Shown piece by piece: positions 46,334-56,474 of a stretch of DNA of 64,000 bases. Positions within the stretch are counted from its first letter, which is position 1. Every line of letters starts with the position of its first letter. Source of the stretch: a bacterium (GTDB lineage: Bacteria; Bacillota; Clostridia; Lachnospirales; Lachnospiraceae); the NCBI GenBank assembly GCA_963618065.1, contig CAVERH010000011.1:1315-65314 (forward strand). Direction: 5' to 3'. The translations under genes were made by a program, and so were the position numbers. A model generated the notes under the pieces. It was not told where the DNA came from and searched no databases. It saw only the letters and a program-made list of their open reading frames with translations.

Positions 46334-47398
46334 ATGAGAAAAAAGATAACGTGGCGTTATGTTGTTTTAGCAGGACTTATGGTAGTAGGATTAACTGGCT
46401 GCGGAGCCTCTTCAAGGGGGGCGCAGACGGAAGCTGCAGTGACAGATTCTGCTTATGCAGGTGATGATCTGTACAGTTATGACAATAGTTATGAGGAAGC
46501 AGCAAGTGAAGACTATGACAGTGCCGCCAGTTCCACAGACACTGTAGAACAGGTACAGGATACCAGCCGCAAGCTGATTAAAAATGTCGATATGTCCGTA
46601 GAGACCGAAGAGTTTGATACCCTTCTTGCCAATGTGGAAAGAAGAATCGAAGCGCTTGGCGGTTATATTGAGACCAGTAATGTCTATAACGGAAGTGCGT
46701 ATAACAGCTACAGCAATCTTCGCGATGCTAATATTACGGCACGGATTCCGGCAGAGAAGCTGGACGAATTCCTGTCTCTTGTTTCTGAATCCTCGAATGT
46801 GATCAGCAAGAACGAGAACGTGACGGATGTGACCCTGCAGTATGTGGATATGCAGAGTCATAAGGAGGCACTGCAGACCGAACAGCAGCGGTTATTAGAG
46901 CTTCTCGAGCAGGCAGAAAGCATTGACGATATCATCACGCTGGAAAGCCGTCTTTCGGATGTACGTTATCAGATTGAAAGCATGGAATCTCAGCTTCGCA
47001 CCTTCGACAATCAGGTATCCTACAGCACCGTTTATCTGTATATTGACGAAGTAAAGACCTATACTCCGGCAGCGGAACAGACACGCCTTCAGAGGATGAC
47101 AAGCGGATTTGTAAACAGCCTTAAGGAAATCGGAAACGGCTTTCTTGATTTCTGCGTTGGATTTGTGGTTGCCCTTCCATACCTTGTTGTCTGGGCCGTG
47201 ATAATTATTGTGGTCATTCTGCTTATCCGGTTGATTGTAAAAAAATCAAAGAAGAGCAGAGAGAAAAGAGCCTTAAAGCAGCAGATCAAGGAGCAGGAAC
47301 GCCAGGCTGCCTATGAAGCACATCTTAAGAATATGAATAAAGAAAAAGAGCAGGAAGCAAATGCAGAAAATAGTCAGGTACAGGAAAAGAAGGAGTAA
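46334..47398 (+). CDS. DUF4349-like lipoprotein with a C-terminal TM segment and Lys/Glu-rich tail
   Basis: Lipobox GLTGCG. The central block NVDMSVETEEFDTLLANVERRIEALGGYIE is typical of DUF4349 as recalled. The ATG at 46334 has better RBS spacing than the one at 46325. Confidence 0.65.
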   Translation: MRKKITWRYVVLAGLMVVGLTGCGASSRGAQTEAAVTDSAYAGDDLYSYDNSYEEAASEDYDSAASSTDTVEQVQDTSRKLIKNVDMSVETEEFDTLLANVERRIEALGGYIETSNVYNGSAYNSYSNLRDANITARIPAEKLDEFLSLVSESSNVISKNENVTDVTLQYVDMQSHKEALQTEQQRLLELLEQAESIDDIITLESRLSDVRYQIESMESQLRTFDNQVSYSTVYLYIDEVKTYTPAAEQTRLQRMTSGFVNSLKEIGNGFLDFCVGFVVALPYLVVWAVIIIVVILLIRLIVKKSKKSREKRALKQQIKEQERQAAYEAHLKNMNKEKEQEANAENSQVQEKKE

Positions 47399-47400
47399 CC

Positions 47401-48315
47401 ATGAAGGAGAATTACAAGTCCGGATTCGCCACGCTGATCGGAAGACCCAACGTTGGAAAATCCACATTGATGAATTGCCTGATCGGACAGAAAATTGCGA
47501 TCACATCAAGTAAGCCGCAGACCACCAGAAACCGGATCCAGACCGTGTATACCTCACAGGAGGGTCAGATCGTCTTCGTGGATACACCGGGAATCCATAA
47601 GGCGAAGAATAAGCTTGGTGATTATATGGTGAACATTGCAACGCGCTCACTAAAGGATGTGGATGTTGTACTCTGGCTTGTGGAGCCGACGAACTTTATC
47701 GGAGCAGGAGAAAAGAATATCATCGAGCAGCTCAAAGGAATAAAAACTCCGGTAATCCTTGTCATCAACAAGATTGATACGGTGAAAAAGGAGGAACTGT
47801 TCGGCTTTATTGATACCTATCGGAAGGAGATGGACTTTCAGGAGATTGTTCCGGTATCCGCTTTAAAACAGGAAAACACGGAAGAACTCATTAAGTGCAT
47901 TATGAAATATCTGCCGTACGGATCTGCCTTTTACGATGAGGATACGATTACCGACCAGCCGCAACGTCAGATCGTGGCAGAACTCATCCGTGAAAAGGCA
48001 TTACGGTGCCTCGATGAAGAGATTCCACATGGAATTGCCGTAACCATCGAGAAGATGAAGTGGCGTAAAGGCAGTAAGGGAACGATCGTGGATATTGAAG
48101 CCACCATTATCTGTGAACGGGAATCCCACAAGGGAATCATCATCGGAAAGCAGGGATCGATGCTTCGCAGGATCGGCCAGTCTGCACGCCGGGATATTGA
48201 GGAGATGCTGGAAGAAAAGGTAAATCTGCAGCTCTGGGTGAAGGTCCGCAAGGACTGGAGAGACAGCGATCTGCTTCTCAAAAATTACGGATATAATCCG
48301 AAAGATAACGAATAG
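47401..48315 (+). CDS. era: GTPase Era
   Basis: G1 motif GRPNVGKST, G3 motif DTPG, G4 motif NKID, and a C-terminal KH domain. Confidence 0.95.
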   Translation: MKENYKSGFATLIGRPNVGKSTLMNCLIGQKIAITSSKPQTTRNRIQTVYTSQEGQIVFVDTPGIHKAKNKLGDYMVNIATRSLKDVDVVLWLVEPTNFIGAGEKNIIEQLKGIKTPVILVINKIDTVKKEELFGFIDTYRKEMDFQEIVPVSALKQENTEELIKCIMKYLPYGSAFYDEDTITDQPQRQIVAELIREKALRCLDEEIPHGIAVTIEKMKWRKGSKGTIVDIEATIICERESHKGIIIGKQGSMLRRIGQSARRDIEEMLEEKVNLQLWVKVRKDWRDSDLLLKNYGYNPKDNE

Positions 48316-48367
48316 AAAATGTCAAACTGTAAACCCTAATCGCAGAAGACGATTTAGGGGGCACAGG

Positions 48368-48553
48368 ATGAAAAACGTAAATTACTGGGATCAGTTTTTA
48401 AACACAGGAAAGATCGAAGATTATCTGGCTTACCGGAAGAAAGCTTCCGAAAAAGCCGGAAAACAGCAGGGAGAAGGAGCTGAAACTCATGCAGGAACCG
48501 GTCAGGGTTACAGGGATGGTACTCGAGGCATCACCTGTAGGAGAGACGGATAG
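48368..48553 (+). CDS. yqzL: YqzL-like small protein
   Basis: WDQFLNTGKIEDYLAY resembles the YqzL family. It occupies the conserved slot between era and recO. RBS AGGGGG. The 3' part overlaps recO. Confidence 0.55.
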   Translation: MKNVNYWDQFLNTGKIEDYLAYRKKASEKAGKQQGEGAETHAGTGQGYRDGTRGITCRRDG

Positions 48554-49145
48554 AAGAGTGGTTCTGTTAACAAAAGAAAGAGGCAAAATTTCGGCATTTG
48601 CCAGAGGGGCGCGCAAGCAGGGGAGCAGGCTGATGGCAGCCACCAATCCATTCTGCTTCGGTGAATTTGTGCTCTTCGAGGGCAGAAACTCCTACTCTTT
48701 AAATGAGGCTGTGATCAAAAATTATTTTGAAGATATGCGGACGCATTTTGAAGAAGCCTGTTACGGTATGTACTTTTTGGAATTGATGGATTACTATACA
48801 AGAGAAAATAACGATGAAAAGGCGATGCTTCTGCTCCTTTACCAATCCTTACGTGCATTGCTGCATGAGGCCTATGATAACAAGCTGGTAAGATACATAT
48901 TTGAAATTAAGGCGGTCGTGTTAAACGGCGAATACCCGGGACTTCCTAAGAATAAGGACTATGAAGAGTCCACACAATATGCTTTGCAGTATATTGCAGA
49001 CAGCAGCATGGAAAAGCTGTATTCGTTTAAGGTTTCGGATGAAGTTTTAAAAGAACTTGAGGAAATTGCAGGGATTTATCAGAGAAGATTTGTGGATCGG
49101 AAAATGAAAAGCCTTGAAATCCTTGAGGGACTCATATATAATTGA
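48489..49145 (+). CDS. recO: DNA repair protein RecO
   Basis: The N-terminal OB-fold pattern is present (TGMVLEASPVGETDRRVVLLTKERGKISAFARGARK). The position after era is conserved. Confidence 0.85.
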   Translation: MQEPVRVTGMVLEASPVGETDRRVVLLTKERGKISAFARGARKQGSRLMAATNPFCFGEFVLFEGRNSYSLNEAVIKNYFEDMRTHFEEACYGMYFLELMDYYTRENNDEKAMLLLLYQSLRALLHEAYDNKLVRYIFEIKAVVLNGEYPGLPKNKDYEESTQYALQYIADSSMEKLYSFKVSDEVLKELEEIAGIYQRRFVDRKMKSLEILEGLIYN

Positions 49146-49183
49146 TGGGGTAAATTCTTCCGAAAGAGGAGAAGAGGATTTTT

Positions 49184-49819
49184 ATGAGGAAAAATTATCA
49201 ATGTGTGAAGCACTTTTTCGCATGCGTTCTGTGTGCTGCTTTTGCAGTGTGCGCAATGACGGCATGCGGGAACACCACGGACGCAGAAGGATCCGTGATT
49301 ACGGTTTCTAAGGACGGAACAGTAACTGATACGATCCGCGAGCTGTTTGACCAGGATTATTACAGCCAGCAGGAATTGCAGGATGAGGTTTTAAAGGCTG
49401 TAGCCTCTTATAATTCCAGAATGGGAAACGAAGCTGTTACGGTATCGAAGGTCGAGGTGAACGACGGTGTTACGGATGTGGAGATGAAATACCAGAGTGC
49501 CGATGATTATGCAGCCTTTAACGGGGAAACATTTTTTGTCGGAACTCCGGCACAGGCAAGGCTCGCAGGCTTTGACTTAAACAAAGTCTATACGGCAGTT
49601 TCTGATCCGGAAAAGACCATGGGCATGGCAGAGCTTTTTAATACGGACGGGGTTCTGGTACTGATCACGGATACCACGCAGACGGTAGTAATGAGCCGCA
49701 AGATCCTTTATATTTCAGATGGCGTGGAGGTTTCGGATCATGCGAAAGCATTCCGCGTACAGAGTGATGATAATGATCAGATTTCCAAGGAAATTTGTGT
49801 AATATTTAAAGAAAAATAA
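49184..49819 (+). CDS. Hypothetical lipoprotein
   Basis: The signal peptide has the lipobox AMTACG, and the RBS GAGGAG is strong. I recognise no family. Confidence 0.6.
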   Translation: MRKNYQCVKHFFACVLCAAFAVCAMTACGNTTDAEGSVITVSKDGTVTDTIRELFDQDYYSQQELQDEVLKAVASYNSRMGNEAVTVSKVEVNDGVTDVEMKYQSADDYAAFNGETFFVGTPAQARLAGFDLNKVYTAVSDPEKTMGMAELFNTDGVLVLITDTTQTVVMSRKILYISDGVEVSDHAKAFRVQSDDNDQISKEICVIFKEK

Positions 49820-49837
49820 CGAGAGGTAGATGGAACA

Positions 49838-51226
49838 ATGGAAAAGACAATGGAAAAAATCGTAGCATTGGCAAAGGCAAGAGGATTTGTATATCCCGGA
49901 TCCGAGATCTACGGAGGTCTTGCCAACACATGGGATTATGGGAATCTCGGTGTGGAATTAAAGAACAATGTGAAGAGAGCATGGTGGCAGAAGTTCGTTA
50001 TGGAAAATCCCTATAACGTTGGTGTTGACTGTGCCATCTTAATGAATCCCCAGACATGGGTAGCTTCCGGACATCTGGGAGGTTTTTCCGATCCTCTGAT
50101 GGATTGTAAGGAATGTCACGAGCGTTTCCGTGCAGATAAGCTGATCGAGGACTTCGCAGAAGAGAACGGAATTACACTTAAGAAACCCATTGATGCTTTT
50201 TCCCAGGAAGAAATGAAGAACTTCATTGAAGAACACAATGTTCCCTGCCCGACCTGTGGCAAGCATAACTTTACCGATATCAGACAGTTCAATCTGATGT
50301 TCAAGACCTTTCAGGGTGTAACCGAGGATGCGAAGAACACCGTATACCTTCGTCCGGAAACTGCACAGGGTATTTTCGTGAACTTTAAGAATGTACAGAG
50401 AACCTCCCGTAAGAAGATCCCGTTCGGTATCGGACAGATCGGTAAGTCCTTCCGTAATGAAATTACTCCCGGTAACTTTACGTTCCGTACCAGAGAGTTT
50501 GAGCAGATGGAATTGGAGTTCTTCTGCGAGCCGGGAACAGACCTTGAATGGTTTCAGTACTGGAGAGCATTCTGTCGTGACTGGCTGTTAAGCTTAGGTA
50601 TTAAGGAAGATGAAATGAGACTTCGTGACCACGCACCCGAAGAGCTTTGCTTCTATTCCAAGGGTACGACCGATATTGAATTCCTTTTTCCGTTCGGATG
50701 GGGCGAATTATGGGGAATCGCAGACAGAACAGATTACGATTTAACCCAGCATCAGAATGTATCCGGTGAGGATATGAGCTATTTTGATGATAGTAAGAAT
50801 GAACGTTACGTTCCTTATGTTGTAGAACCGTCTCTTGGAGCAGACCGTGTGGTACTGGCTTTCCTTTGTGCAGCTTATGATGAAGAGGAGATTGGAGAAG
50901 GAGATGTGCGTACTGTACTTCATTTCCATCCGGCACTTGCACCTGTGAAGATTGGTGTGCTTCCTCTTTCCAAGAAGCTGAATGAGGGCGCAGAGAAGAT
51001 CTATGCACAGCTTTCCAGAAAGTATAACTGTGAATTTGATGACAGAGGAAACATTGGCAAGCGTTACCGCAGACAGGATGAAATTGGAACTCCGTTCTGT
51101 ATTACATACGACTTTGATTCCGAAAACGACAATTGCGTGACCGTCCGTTTCCGTGACTCCATGGAGCAGGAGCGTATTGCAATTGCAGATCTGGATGCTT
51201 ACTTTGCAGATAAGTTTACATTTTAA
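49838..51226 (+). CDS. glyQS: Glycine--tRNA ligase (alpha2 dimeric type)
   Basis: [53 protein letters not shown], and a C-terminal anticodon-binding domain. Confidence 0.95.
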   Translation: MEKTMEKIVALAKARGFVYPGSEIYGGLANTWDYGNLGVELKNNVKRAWWQKFVMENPYNVGVDCAILMNPQTWVASGHLGGFSDPLMDCKECHERFRADKLIEDFAEENGITLKKPIDAFSQEEMKNFIEEHNVPCPTCGKHNFTDIRQFNLMFKTFQGVTEDAKNTVYLRPETAQGIFVNFKNVQRTSRKKIPFGIGQIGKSFRNEITPGNFTFRTREFEQMELEFFCEPGTDLEWFQYWRAFCRDWLLSLGIKEDEMRLRDHAPEELCFYSKGTTDIEFLFPFGWGELWGIADRTDYDLTQHQNVSGEDMSYFDDSKNERYVPYVVEPSLGADRVVLAFLCAAYDEEEIGEGDVRTVLHFHPALAPVKIGVLPLSKKLNEGAEKIYAQLSRKYNCEFDDRGNIGKRYRRQDEIGTPFCITYDFDSENDNCVTVRFRDSMEQERIAIADLDAYFADKFTF

Positions 51227-51322
51227 CAGCAGTGTCCTGTAAAGAATTGAAATCAGGCATCTGCGGAAGCGTTGATCCACAGAGCCTCTCGAAAATACAA
51301 GCAACGCAGAAATGGTGAGATC

Positions 51323-53974
51323 ATGAGACAATTCACTTCAGATGAATTAAGAAAAACCTGGAAACAATTTTATATTGACCGTGGACATGTGGATGTAGGA
51401 GCCGTTTCCCTTGTGTCGGACGGATCTACCGGTGTACTGTTTAACGTGGCAGGTATGCAGCCTTTGATGCCGTATCTGTTAGGACAGAAGCATCCCCTTG
51501 GAACCAGACTTTGCAATGTACAGGGCTGTGTCCGTACCAACGATATTGATTCGGTTGGTGACAAGAGCCATGTAACCTTCTTTGAAATGATGGGAAGCTG
51601 GAGCCTTGGTGATTACTTTAAGAAAGAAAGATGCCAGTGGAGTTTTGAACTGCTTACACAGGTTTTTGGCTTTGATGCCGATCATCTGGCTGCAACGGTT
51701 TTCGCAGGAGATGAGAATGCACCGAGAGACGAAGAAGGTGCACAGTACCGTATCGCTTCCGGCTTTAAGAAAGAAAATATTTATTATCTTCCGGCAGAGG
51801 ATAACTGGTGGGGACTCGAATATGGCCCCTGCGGACCGGACAGTGAAATGTTCTATGTGGCAGACCGCCCGGACTGCAGACCGGACTGCGGACCCGGATG
51901 TCACTGCGGTAAGTATACCGAGCTTGGTAATGACGTATTTATGCAGTATGAGAAGCACCATGACGGTCATCTGACCCCGTTAAAGCAGAAGAACGTGGAT
52001 ACCGGCTGGGGCTTAGAGCGTATTCTTGCATTCTTAAACGGAACAAGAGACGTATACCGTATCGATCTGTTTGCCCCGGTAATCGCTTATATTGAGAAGG
52101 TATCCGGAACGAAATATGAAGAGGATGAAAAGCTGACCAGATCCATGCGTATTCTGGCAGACCATATCCGTACCAGTGTCATGCTGATCGGTGATGAAGC
52201 AAAGCTTCTTCCTTCCAATGTAGGAGCCGGATATGTTCTCCGCCGTCTGATCCGCCGTGCAGTAAGACATGGCCGTATGCTGAATTTAAAGACTGGGGAT
52301 CTGCTTACCATTGCACAGATGTACATTGAGGATATTTATGCAGAAAGCTATCCGTTATTGGTTAAGAATAAAGAGTTCGTTCTTTCCGAACTGAAGAAGG
52401 AAATTGACCGTTTCGAGAGTACTCTGGAAAACGGCATGAAGGAATTTAAGAAGATCCTTGAGCAGAAGAAGGAAGAAAAGTTGTCTGAAATCGACGGAAA
52501 GAGTGCATTTTATCTGTATGATACCTTTGGATTCCCGATCGAGCTTACCGTAGAACTTGCACAGGAAGAGGGATTAAAAGTCGATGAAGAAGGCTTTGCC
52601 AAGGCTATGGAAGAGCAGAAGCAGAAAGCAAGAGATAACCAGAGCTTTTCTGCCAAGCTTTCTACAGATACCGCATTATATGATGAATTAGAAGAAAGCT
52701 TAGTCAGTGAATTCGTAGGATATGATACCCTGCAGGCAGAAAGCAGCATTGCAGCCATTGCCTGTGACAGCAAATGGCAGGATGCCCTTTCCGAAGGACA
52801 GGAAGGAACGATCATTACAGCAAAGACCCCATTCTATGCAACCATGGGTGGACAAAAGGGTGATTTTGGTGTGATTAAGACCGCAGAAGGTACTTTTGAG
52901 GTAACCGATACCGTGAAGGTTCCGGGCGGCAGAATCGGACACATCGGCAAGGTGGTATCCGGCACTATGAAGAAGGGTGAGAAGGCAGACCTTTCCGTAT
53001 CTTCCTTAAATCGTGGAAATACCTGCAAGAATCATACAGCAACACATTTGCTGCAGGAAGCACTTCGTGAAGTGTTAGGCGATCATGTGGAGCAGTCCGG
53101 ATCCTATCAGGATGGAGAGAGAACCCGCTTTGACTTCAGCCACGGACAGGCAATGACTGCCGAAGAGTTAAAGAAGGTAGAGGAAATCGTCAATGCCAAA
53201 ATTGCAGAGGATCTTCCGGTGGAAACCAGGGTGATGAGCCTTGAAGAAGCGAAGAAGACCGGTGCAATGGCACTGTTTGGTGAAAAATACGGAGATACCG
53301 TCCGCGTTGTCATGATTGGAGATTTCTCCAAGGAATTATGTGGTGGTACTCATGTCGGACATACCGGAGAGATCGCATCCTTTAAGATCTTATCCGAATC
53401 CGGCGTTGCAGCAGGCGTACGACGGATTGAAGCCATTACCGGAAATAATGTAACCGCTTACTATCAGGAAATGGAAGAACGCTTAAATGCCGTAGCAAGG
53501 GCATTGAAGACTTCTCCTGCAACGCTCCTTGACCGGGCAGAGCATCTGATGGCGGAAATGAAAGCATTACAGAGCGAAAACGAATCCTTAAAGAGCAAGG
53601 CAGCCAAGGATGCACTCGGGGACGTCATGAACCAGGTGAAGGATGTAAAGGGCGTAAAGCTCCTTGCAACCTCGGTAGCCGGTGTGGATATGAACGGACT
53701 GCGTGATCTGGGTGACCAGTTAAAGGCCAAGATCACAGAAGGCGTGATCGTTCTGATTTCTGACTGTGACGGCAAAGTCAATATGGTTGCCATGGCAACG
53801 CAGGACGCTATGGATAAGGGAGCCCATGCAGGAAACCTGATTAAGGGCATTGCAGCACTTGTCGGCGGCGGCGGCGGTGGACGTCCGAACATGGCACAGG
53901 CCGGAGGAAAGAATCCGTCAGGCATTCCGGATGCCATTGCAAAGTGTGAAGAAGTCCTTGCAGCACAGATTTAA
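51323..53974 (+). CDS. alaS: Alanine--tRNA ligase
   Basis: FFEMMGSWSLGDYFK in the catalytic core, editing-domain motifs HTATHLL and CGGTHV, and a C-terminal GGGGGGRPNMAQAGG. The start is at internal ATG 51323. Confidence 0.95.
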   Translation: MRQFTSDELRKTWKQFYIDRGHVDVGAVSLVSDGSTGVLFNVAGMQPLMPYLLGQKHPLGTRLCNVQGCVRTNDIDSVGDKSHVTFFEMMGSWSLGDYFKKERCQWSFELLTQVFGFDADHLAATVFAGDENAPRDEEGAQYRIASGFKKENIYYLPAEDNWWGLEYGPCGPDSEMFYVADRPDCRPDCGPGCHCGKYTELGNDVFMQYEKHHDGHLTPLKQKNVDTGWGLERILAFLNGTRDVYRIDLFAPVIAYIEKVSGTKYEEDEKLTRSMRILADHIRTSVMLIGDEAKLLPSNVGAGYVLRRLIRRAVRHGRMLNLKTGDLLTIAQMYIEDIYAESYPLLVKNKEFVLSELKKEIDRFESTLENGMKEFKKILEQKKEEKLSEIDGKSAFYLYDTFGFPIELTVELAQEEGLKVDEEGFAKAMEEQKQKARDNQSFSAKLSTDTALYDELEESLVSEFVGYDTLQAESSIAAIACDSKWQDALSEGQEGTIITAKTPFYATMGGQKGDFGVIKTAEGTFEVTDTVKVPGGRIGHIGKVVSGTMKKGEKADLSVSSLNRGNTCKNHTATHLLQEALREVLGDHVEQSGSYQDGERTRFDFSHGQAMTAEELKKVEEIVNAKIAEDLPVETRVMSLEEAKKTGAMALFGEKYGDTVRVVMIGDFSKELCGGTHVGHTGEIASFKILSESGVAAGVRRIEAITGNNVTAYYQEMEERLNAVARALKTSPATLLDRAEHLMAEMKALQSENESLKSKAAKDALGDVMNQVKDVKGVKLLATSVAGVDMNGLRDLGDQLKAKITEGVIVLISDCDGKVNMVAMATQDAMDKGAHAGNLIKGIAALVGGGGGGRPNMAQAGGKNPSGIPDAIAKCEEVLAAQI

Positions 53975-54035
53975 GCATATAATTTTGAGAAGATGATATG
54001 GAAATAGATGACGATACCAAAATTATATGTAAATG

Positions 54036-54073
54036 TAATTGTAAAGTGTAATTGTAAATATAGTAATTGTAAA
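54036..54073. repeat. Three direct copies of TAATTGTAAA just upstream of the rpsU promoter
   Basis: The copies lie at 54036-54045, 54049-54058 and 54064-54073. Related TGTAAA/TGTATAA units flank them. Confidence 0.55.
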
Positions 54074-54088
54074 TGTATAATTTTTCTC

Positions 54089-54116
54089 TTGACGTGTACA
54101 TGATTTATGCTATAAT
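54089..54116 (+). promoter_or_regulatory. rpsU promoter candidate with extended -10
   Basis: TTGACG (54089-54094), a 16-nt spacer ending in TGC, then TATAAT (54111-54116). Confidence 0.6.
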
Positions 54117-54196
54117 ATGTGTTGTGTGTGAGTACACACAAGAATAACCCAGTCAGTCATGTTACTAGAAGGGACTGAAGGGAGGTCAGGGTGTAA

Positions 54197-54373
54197 ATGT
54201 CAAACGTAATCGTAAAAGAAAACGAGACTTTAGATAGCGCTTTACGTCGTTTTAAGAGAAGCTGTGCGAAAGCCGGCATTCAGCAGGAGATTCGTAAGAG
54301 AGAGCATTACGAGAAGCCGAGCGTTAAGCGTAAGAAAAAGTCAGAAGCAGCAAGAAAACGTAAATACAACTAA
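54197..54373 (+). CDS. rpsU: 30S ribosomal protein S21
   Basis: It is not in the ORF track because it encodes only 58 aa. My translation is [67 protein letters not shown]. Confidence 0.9.
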   Translation: MSNVIVKENETLDSALRRFKRSCAKAGIQQEIRKREHYEKPSVKRKKKSEAARKRKYN

Positions 54374-54387
54374 TTGAAGTAAACGTG

Positions 54388-54420
54388 AGCCCTTGGATAA
54401 AACTAAGGGCTTTCTTGTTC
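54388..54420 (+). terminator. Terminator after rpsU
   Basis: AGCCCTT / AAGGGCT stem followed by TTCTTGTTC. Confidence 0.55.
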
Positions 54421-54453
54421 TTAGAGGCATTTATTCAAGCTGAGGGGAGCTTT

Positions 54454-55044
54454 ATGTGGACGAAAGAGATGTTTGGAACCGATGTGTATCATCTGGTTGC
54501 CGCATTTATTATTTATAGTATGCTGGGATGGCTTGTGGAATCAATCTACATGTCCATCTGCAATAAGAGGCCAACCAACCGTGGCTTTGGCAAAGGACCT
54601 TTCTGCCCGATCTACGGATTCGGGGCAGTCATCGGCTATCTGGTACTTCGGCCTCTGTCGAGCAATCCGCTGTTGCTTTACTGTGCCGGAGCGGTTATGG
54701 CTACGGTATTTGAATATCTGGTAGGAAGGCTGATGCTTAGGATTTTTGGTGAAGTCTGGTGGGATTATACGAATAAGCCGTGTAACTTCCAGGGGCTCAT
54801 CTGTCTGGAGAGTACCATAGCATGGGGCTTTTATGCAATTATTATTATCACGTTTCTGCATGGTAAGGTGATGGGAATGATTGACCGCTATGATATGCAG
54901 CTTGGGAAGCGGTTTTGTGTGATCGTGCTTTGCATTGTGATGATCGATTATCTGTTCCAGTTTGCGAAGCTGTTTGAGGCTGATATGAAAAAGAGCAGGG
55001 AACGTATTACGGAGCTGTACCAGAGCATCCGTGCGAAGTGGTAA
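54454..55044 (+). CDS. Membrane protein of the putative ABC-transporter type IV (CmpB/DUF1113) family
   Basis: IYSMLGWLVESIYMSI...NRGFGKGPFCPIYGFGAV and WWDYT blocks match that family as recalled. The start is at ATG 54454 after GAGGGGAG. Confidence 0.7.
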   Translation: MWTKEMFGTDVYHLVAAFIIYSMLGWLVESIYMSICNKRPTNRGFGKGPFCPIYGFGAVIGYLVLRPLSSNPLLLYCAGAVMATVFEYLVGRLMLRIFGEVWWDYTNKPCNFQGLICLESTIAWGFYAIIIITFLHGKVMGMIDRYDMQLGKRFCVIVLCIVMIDYLFQFAKLFEADMKKSRERITELYQSIRAKW

Positions 55045-55057
55045 TACGAATTCATTT

Positions 55058-55201
55058 GTAACTATTCAGAGCCATGCAAAATTGCTTTCTGTGAATGCTT
55101 GCATTCATACAGAATAGCAATTTTATATGGCGAAGTAACCACATGAGTAAAACTTAAGCTGCGTTAGCAGCGGTTTTACGAATGGGGTTCTGAATAGTTA
55201 C
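55058..55201 (+). repeat. Structured inverted-terminal repeat element, copy 2 (144 nt)
   Basis: It has the same 16-nt termini and conserved blocks as 40843-41087. TTCATTT flanks both sides (55051-55057 and 55203-55209). Confidence 0.65.
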
Positions 55202-55265
55202 GTTCATTTTTGAAACAGCAGGAACATATTTATAGGTATAGAGTTTTGTCGGGGAGAAGATTGCC

Positions 55266-56432
55266 TTGAGAACAATAATGAAGAAACTACTATGCGGTAT
55301 AATAACGTTCCTGCTGTTTGTGTCTGTACCGGTTTCTGCAATGGCAGCACCGGAAATTGATGCGCCGTCATACATTCTGATGGAAGCCTCCACAGGAAAA
55401 GTGATTTGTGAGCAGAATGCGGACGAACGAAGAAGTCCTGCCAGTATTACGAAAATTATGACCTTGCTGTTGATTTTTGACTACCTGAATACAGGGCGCG
55501 TGACCCTGCAGAGCGAGGTGACAACCAGTGCCCATGCAAAGTCCATGGGTGGTTCGCAGGTGTTTCTGGAAGAGGGAGAGGTGCAGACGTTAGAGACCAT
55601 GATTAAATGCATTGCAGTAGCCTCCGGAAATGATGCGAGCGTGGCAGCAGCAGAGTTCCTTGCAGGCAGTGAAGAAGAATTTGTGAAGCTCATGAATCTG
55701 CGGGCCGAGGAGCTTGGCATGGAGAATACACACTTTGAGGATTGCTGCGGTCTTACGGACTCAGACGGACACTATTCCAGTGCGAGGGATGTGGCAATCA
55801 TGTCGTGGGAGCTGATTACGAAGCATCCGGAGGTGCTTGATTATACCGGTATCTGGATGGAGGATATTGTGCATGAAACCGCACGGGGTACTTCCAATTT
55901 TACCCTGTCCAGTACGAATAAGCTGCTGAAAATGTATGAATACACCACCGGACTGAAAACCGGATCCACCAGTAAGGCAAAATACTGTCTGTCTGCAACT
56001 GCAAGTAAGGACAATATAGATCTGATTGCCGTTGTCATGGGCTCTTCCAATAATAAGGTGCGGTTTCAGGATGCCATGTCGTTACTGACTTACGGTTATA
56101 GCATCAGTTCTCTTTACGAGGATAAGAATGAAGAACAACTGCCGTTTCTTACAGTAAATGGCGGTGTAGAAGATACCGTCGCTCTTTCCTGCCAGGGTCC
56201 GTTCCGGTATTTGGATACGGAAGGGCAGGTACTGTCCGGAATTGAGAAGAAGATCGTTCTGCCGGAGAGCGTGGAAGCACCGGTGCAGGAAGGCGAGGCA
56301 GTTGGAGAAGCCGTGTACTTATTAAATGGAAACCGGATCGGTAGCGTTTCGATTGTGACAGGGAAGAACGTTGACAAGGCGGTTTACAAAGACTATTTGC
56401 AAAAAGTATGGAGAATGTTTTATACTGTATAA
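55266..56432 (+). CDS. D-alanyl-D-alanine carboxypeptidase (S11, PBP5/DacB-like)
   Basis: A signal peptide is present, with SxxK (PASITKIM), SGN (ASGNDAS) and KTG (LKTGST) motifs. TTG start with RBS GGGGAG; ATG 55278 is an alternative. Confidence 0.85.
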   Translation: MRTIMKKLLCGIITFLLFVSVPVSAMAAPEIDAPSYILMEASTGKVICEQNADERRSPASITKIMTLLLIFDYLNTGRVTLQSEVTTSAHAKSMGGSQVFLEEGEVQTLETMIKCIAVASGNDASVAAAEFLAGSEEEFVKLMNLRAEELGMENTHFEDCCGLTDSDGHYSSARDVAIMSWELITKHPEVLDYTGIWMEDIVHETARGTSNFTLSSTNKLLKMYEYTTGLKTGSTSKAKYCLSATASKDNIDLIAVVMGSSNNKVRFQDAMSLLTYGYSISSLYEDKNEEQLPFLTVNGGVEDTVALSCQGPFRYLDTEGQVLSGIEKKIVLPESVEAPVQEGEAVGEAVYLLNGNRIGSVSIVTGKNVDKAVYKDYLQKVWRMFYTV

Positions 56433-56474
56433 ATATGGAAAACAGAGAATGGCTTACGTTGGAAAGGATGGAAT

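Noticed and set aside
53998-54051. 17-codon Cys-rich ORF (MEIDDDTKIICKCNCKV) upstream of rpsU
   Set aside because: The Cys/Lys/Asn codons are a by-product of the TGTAAA/TGTAAT repeat array. The RBS is weak, and the repeats continue out of frame past the stop.
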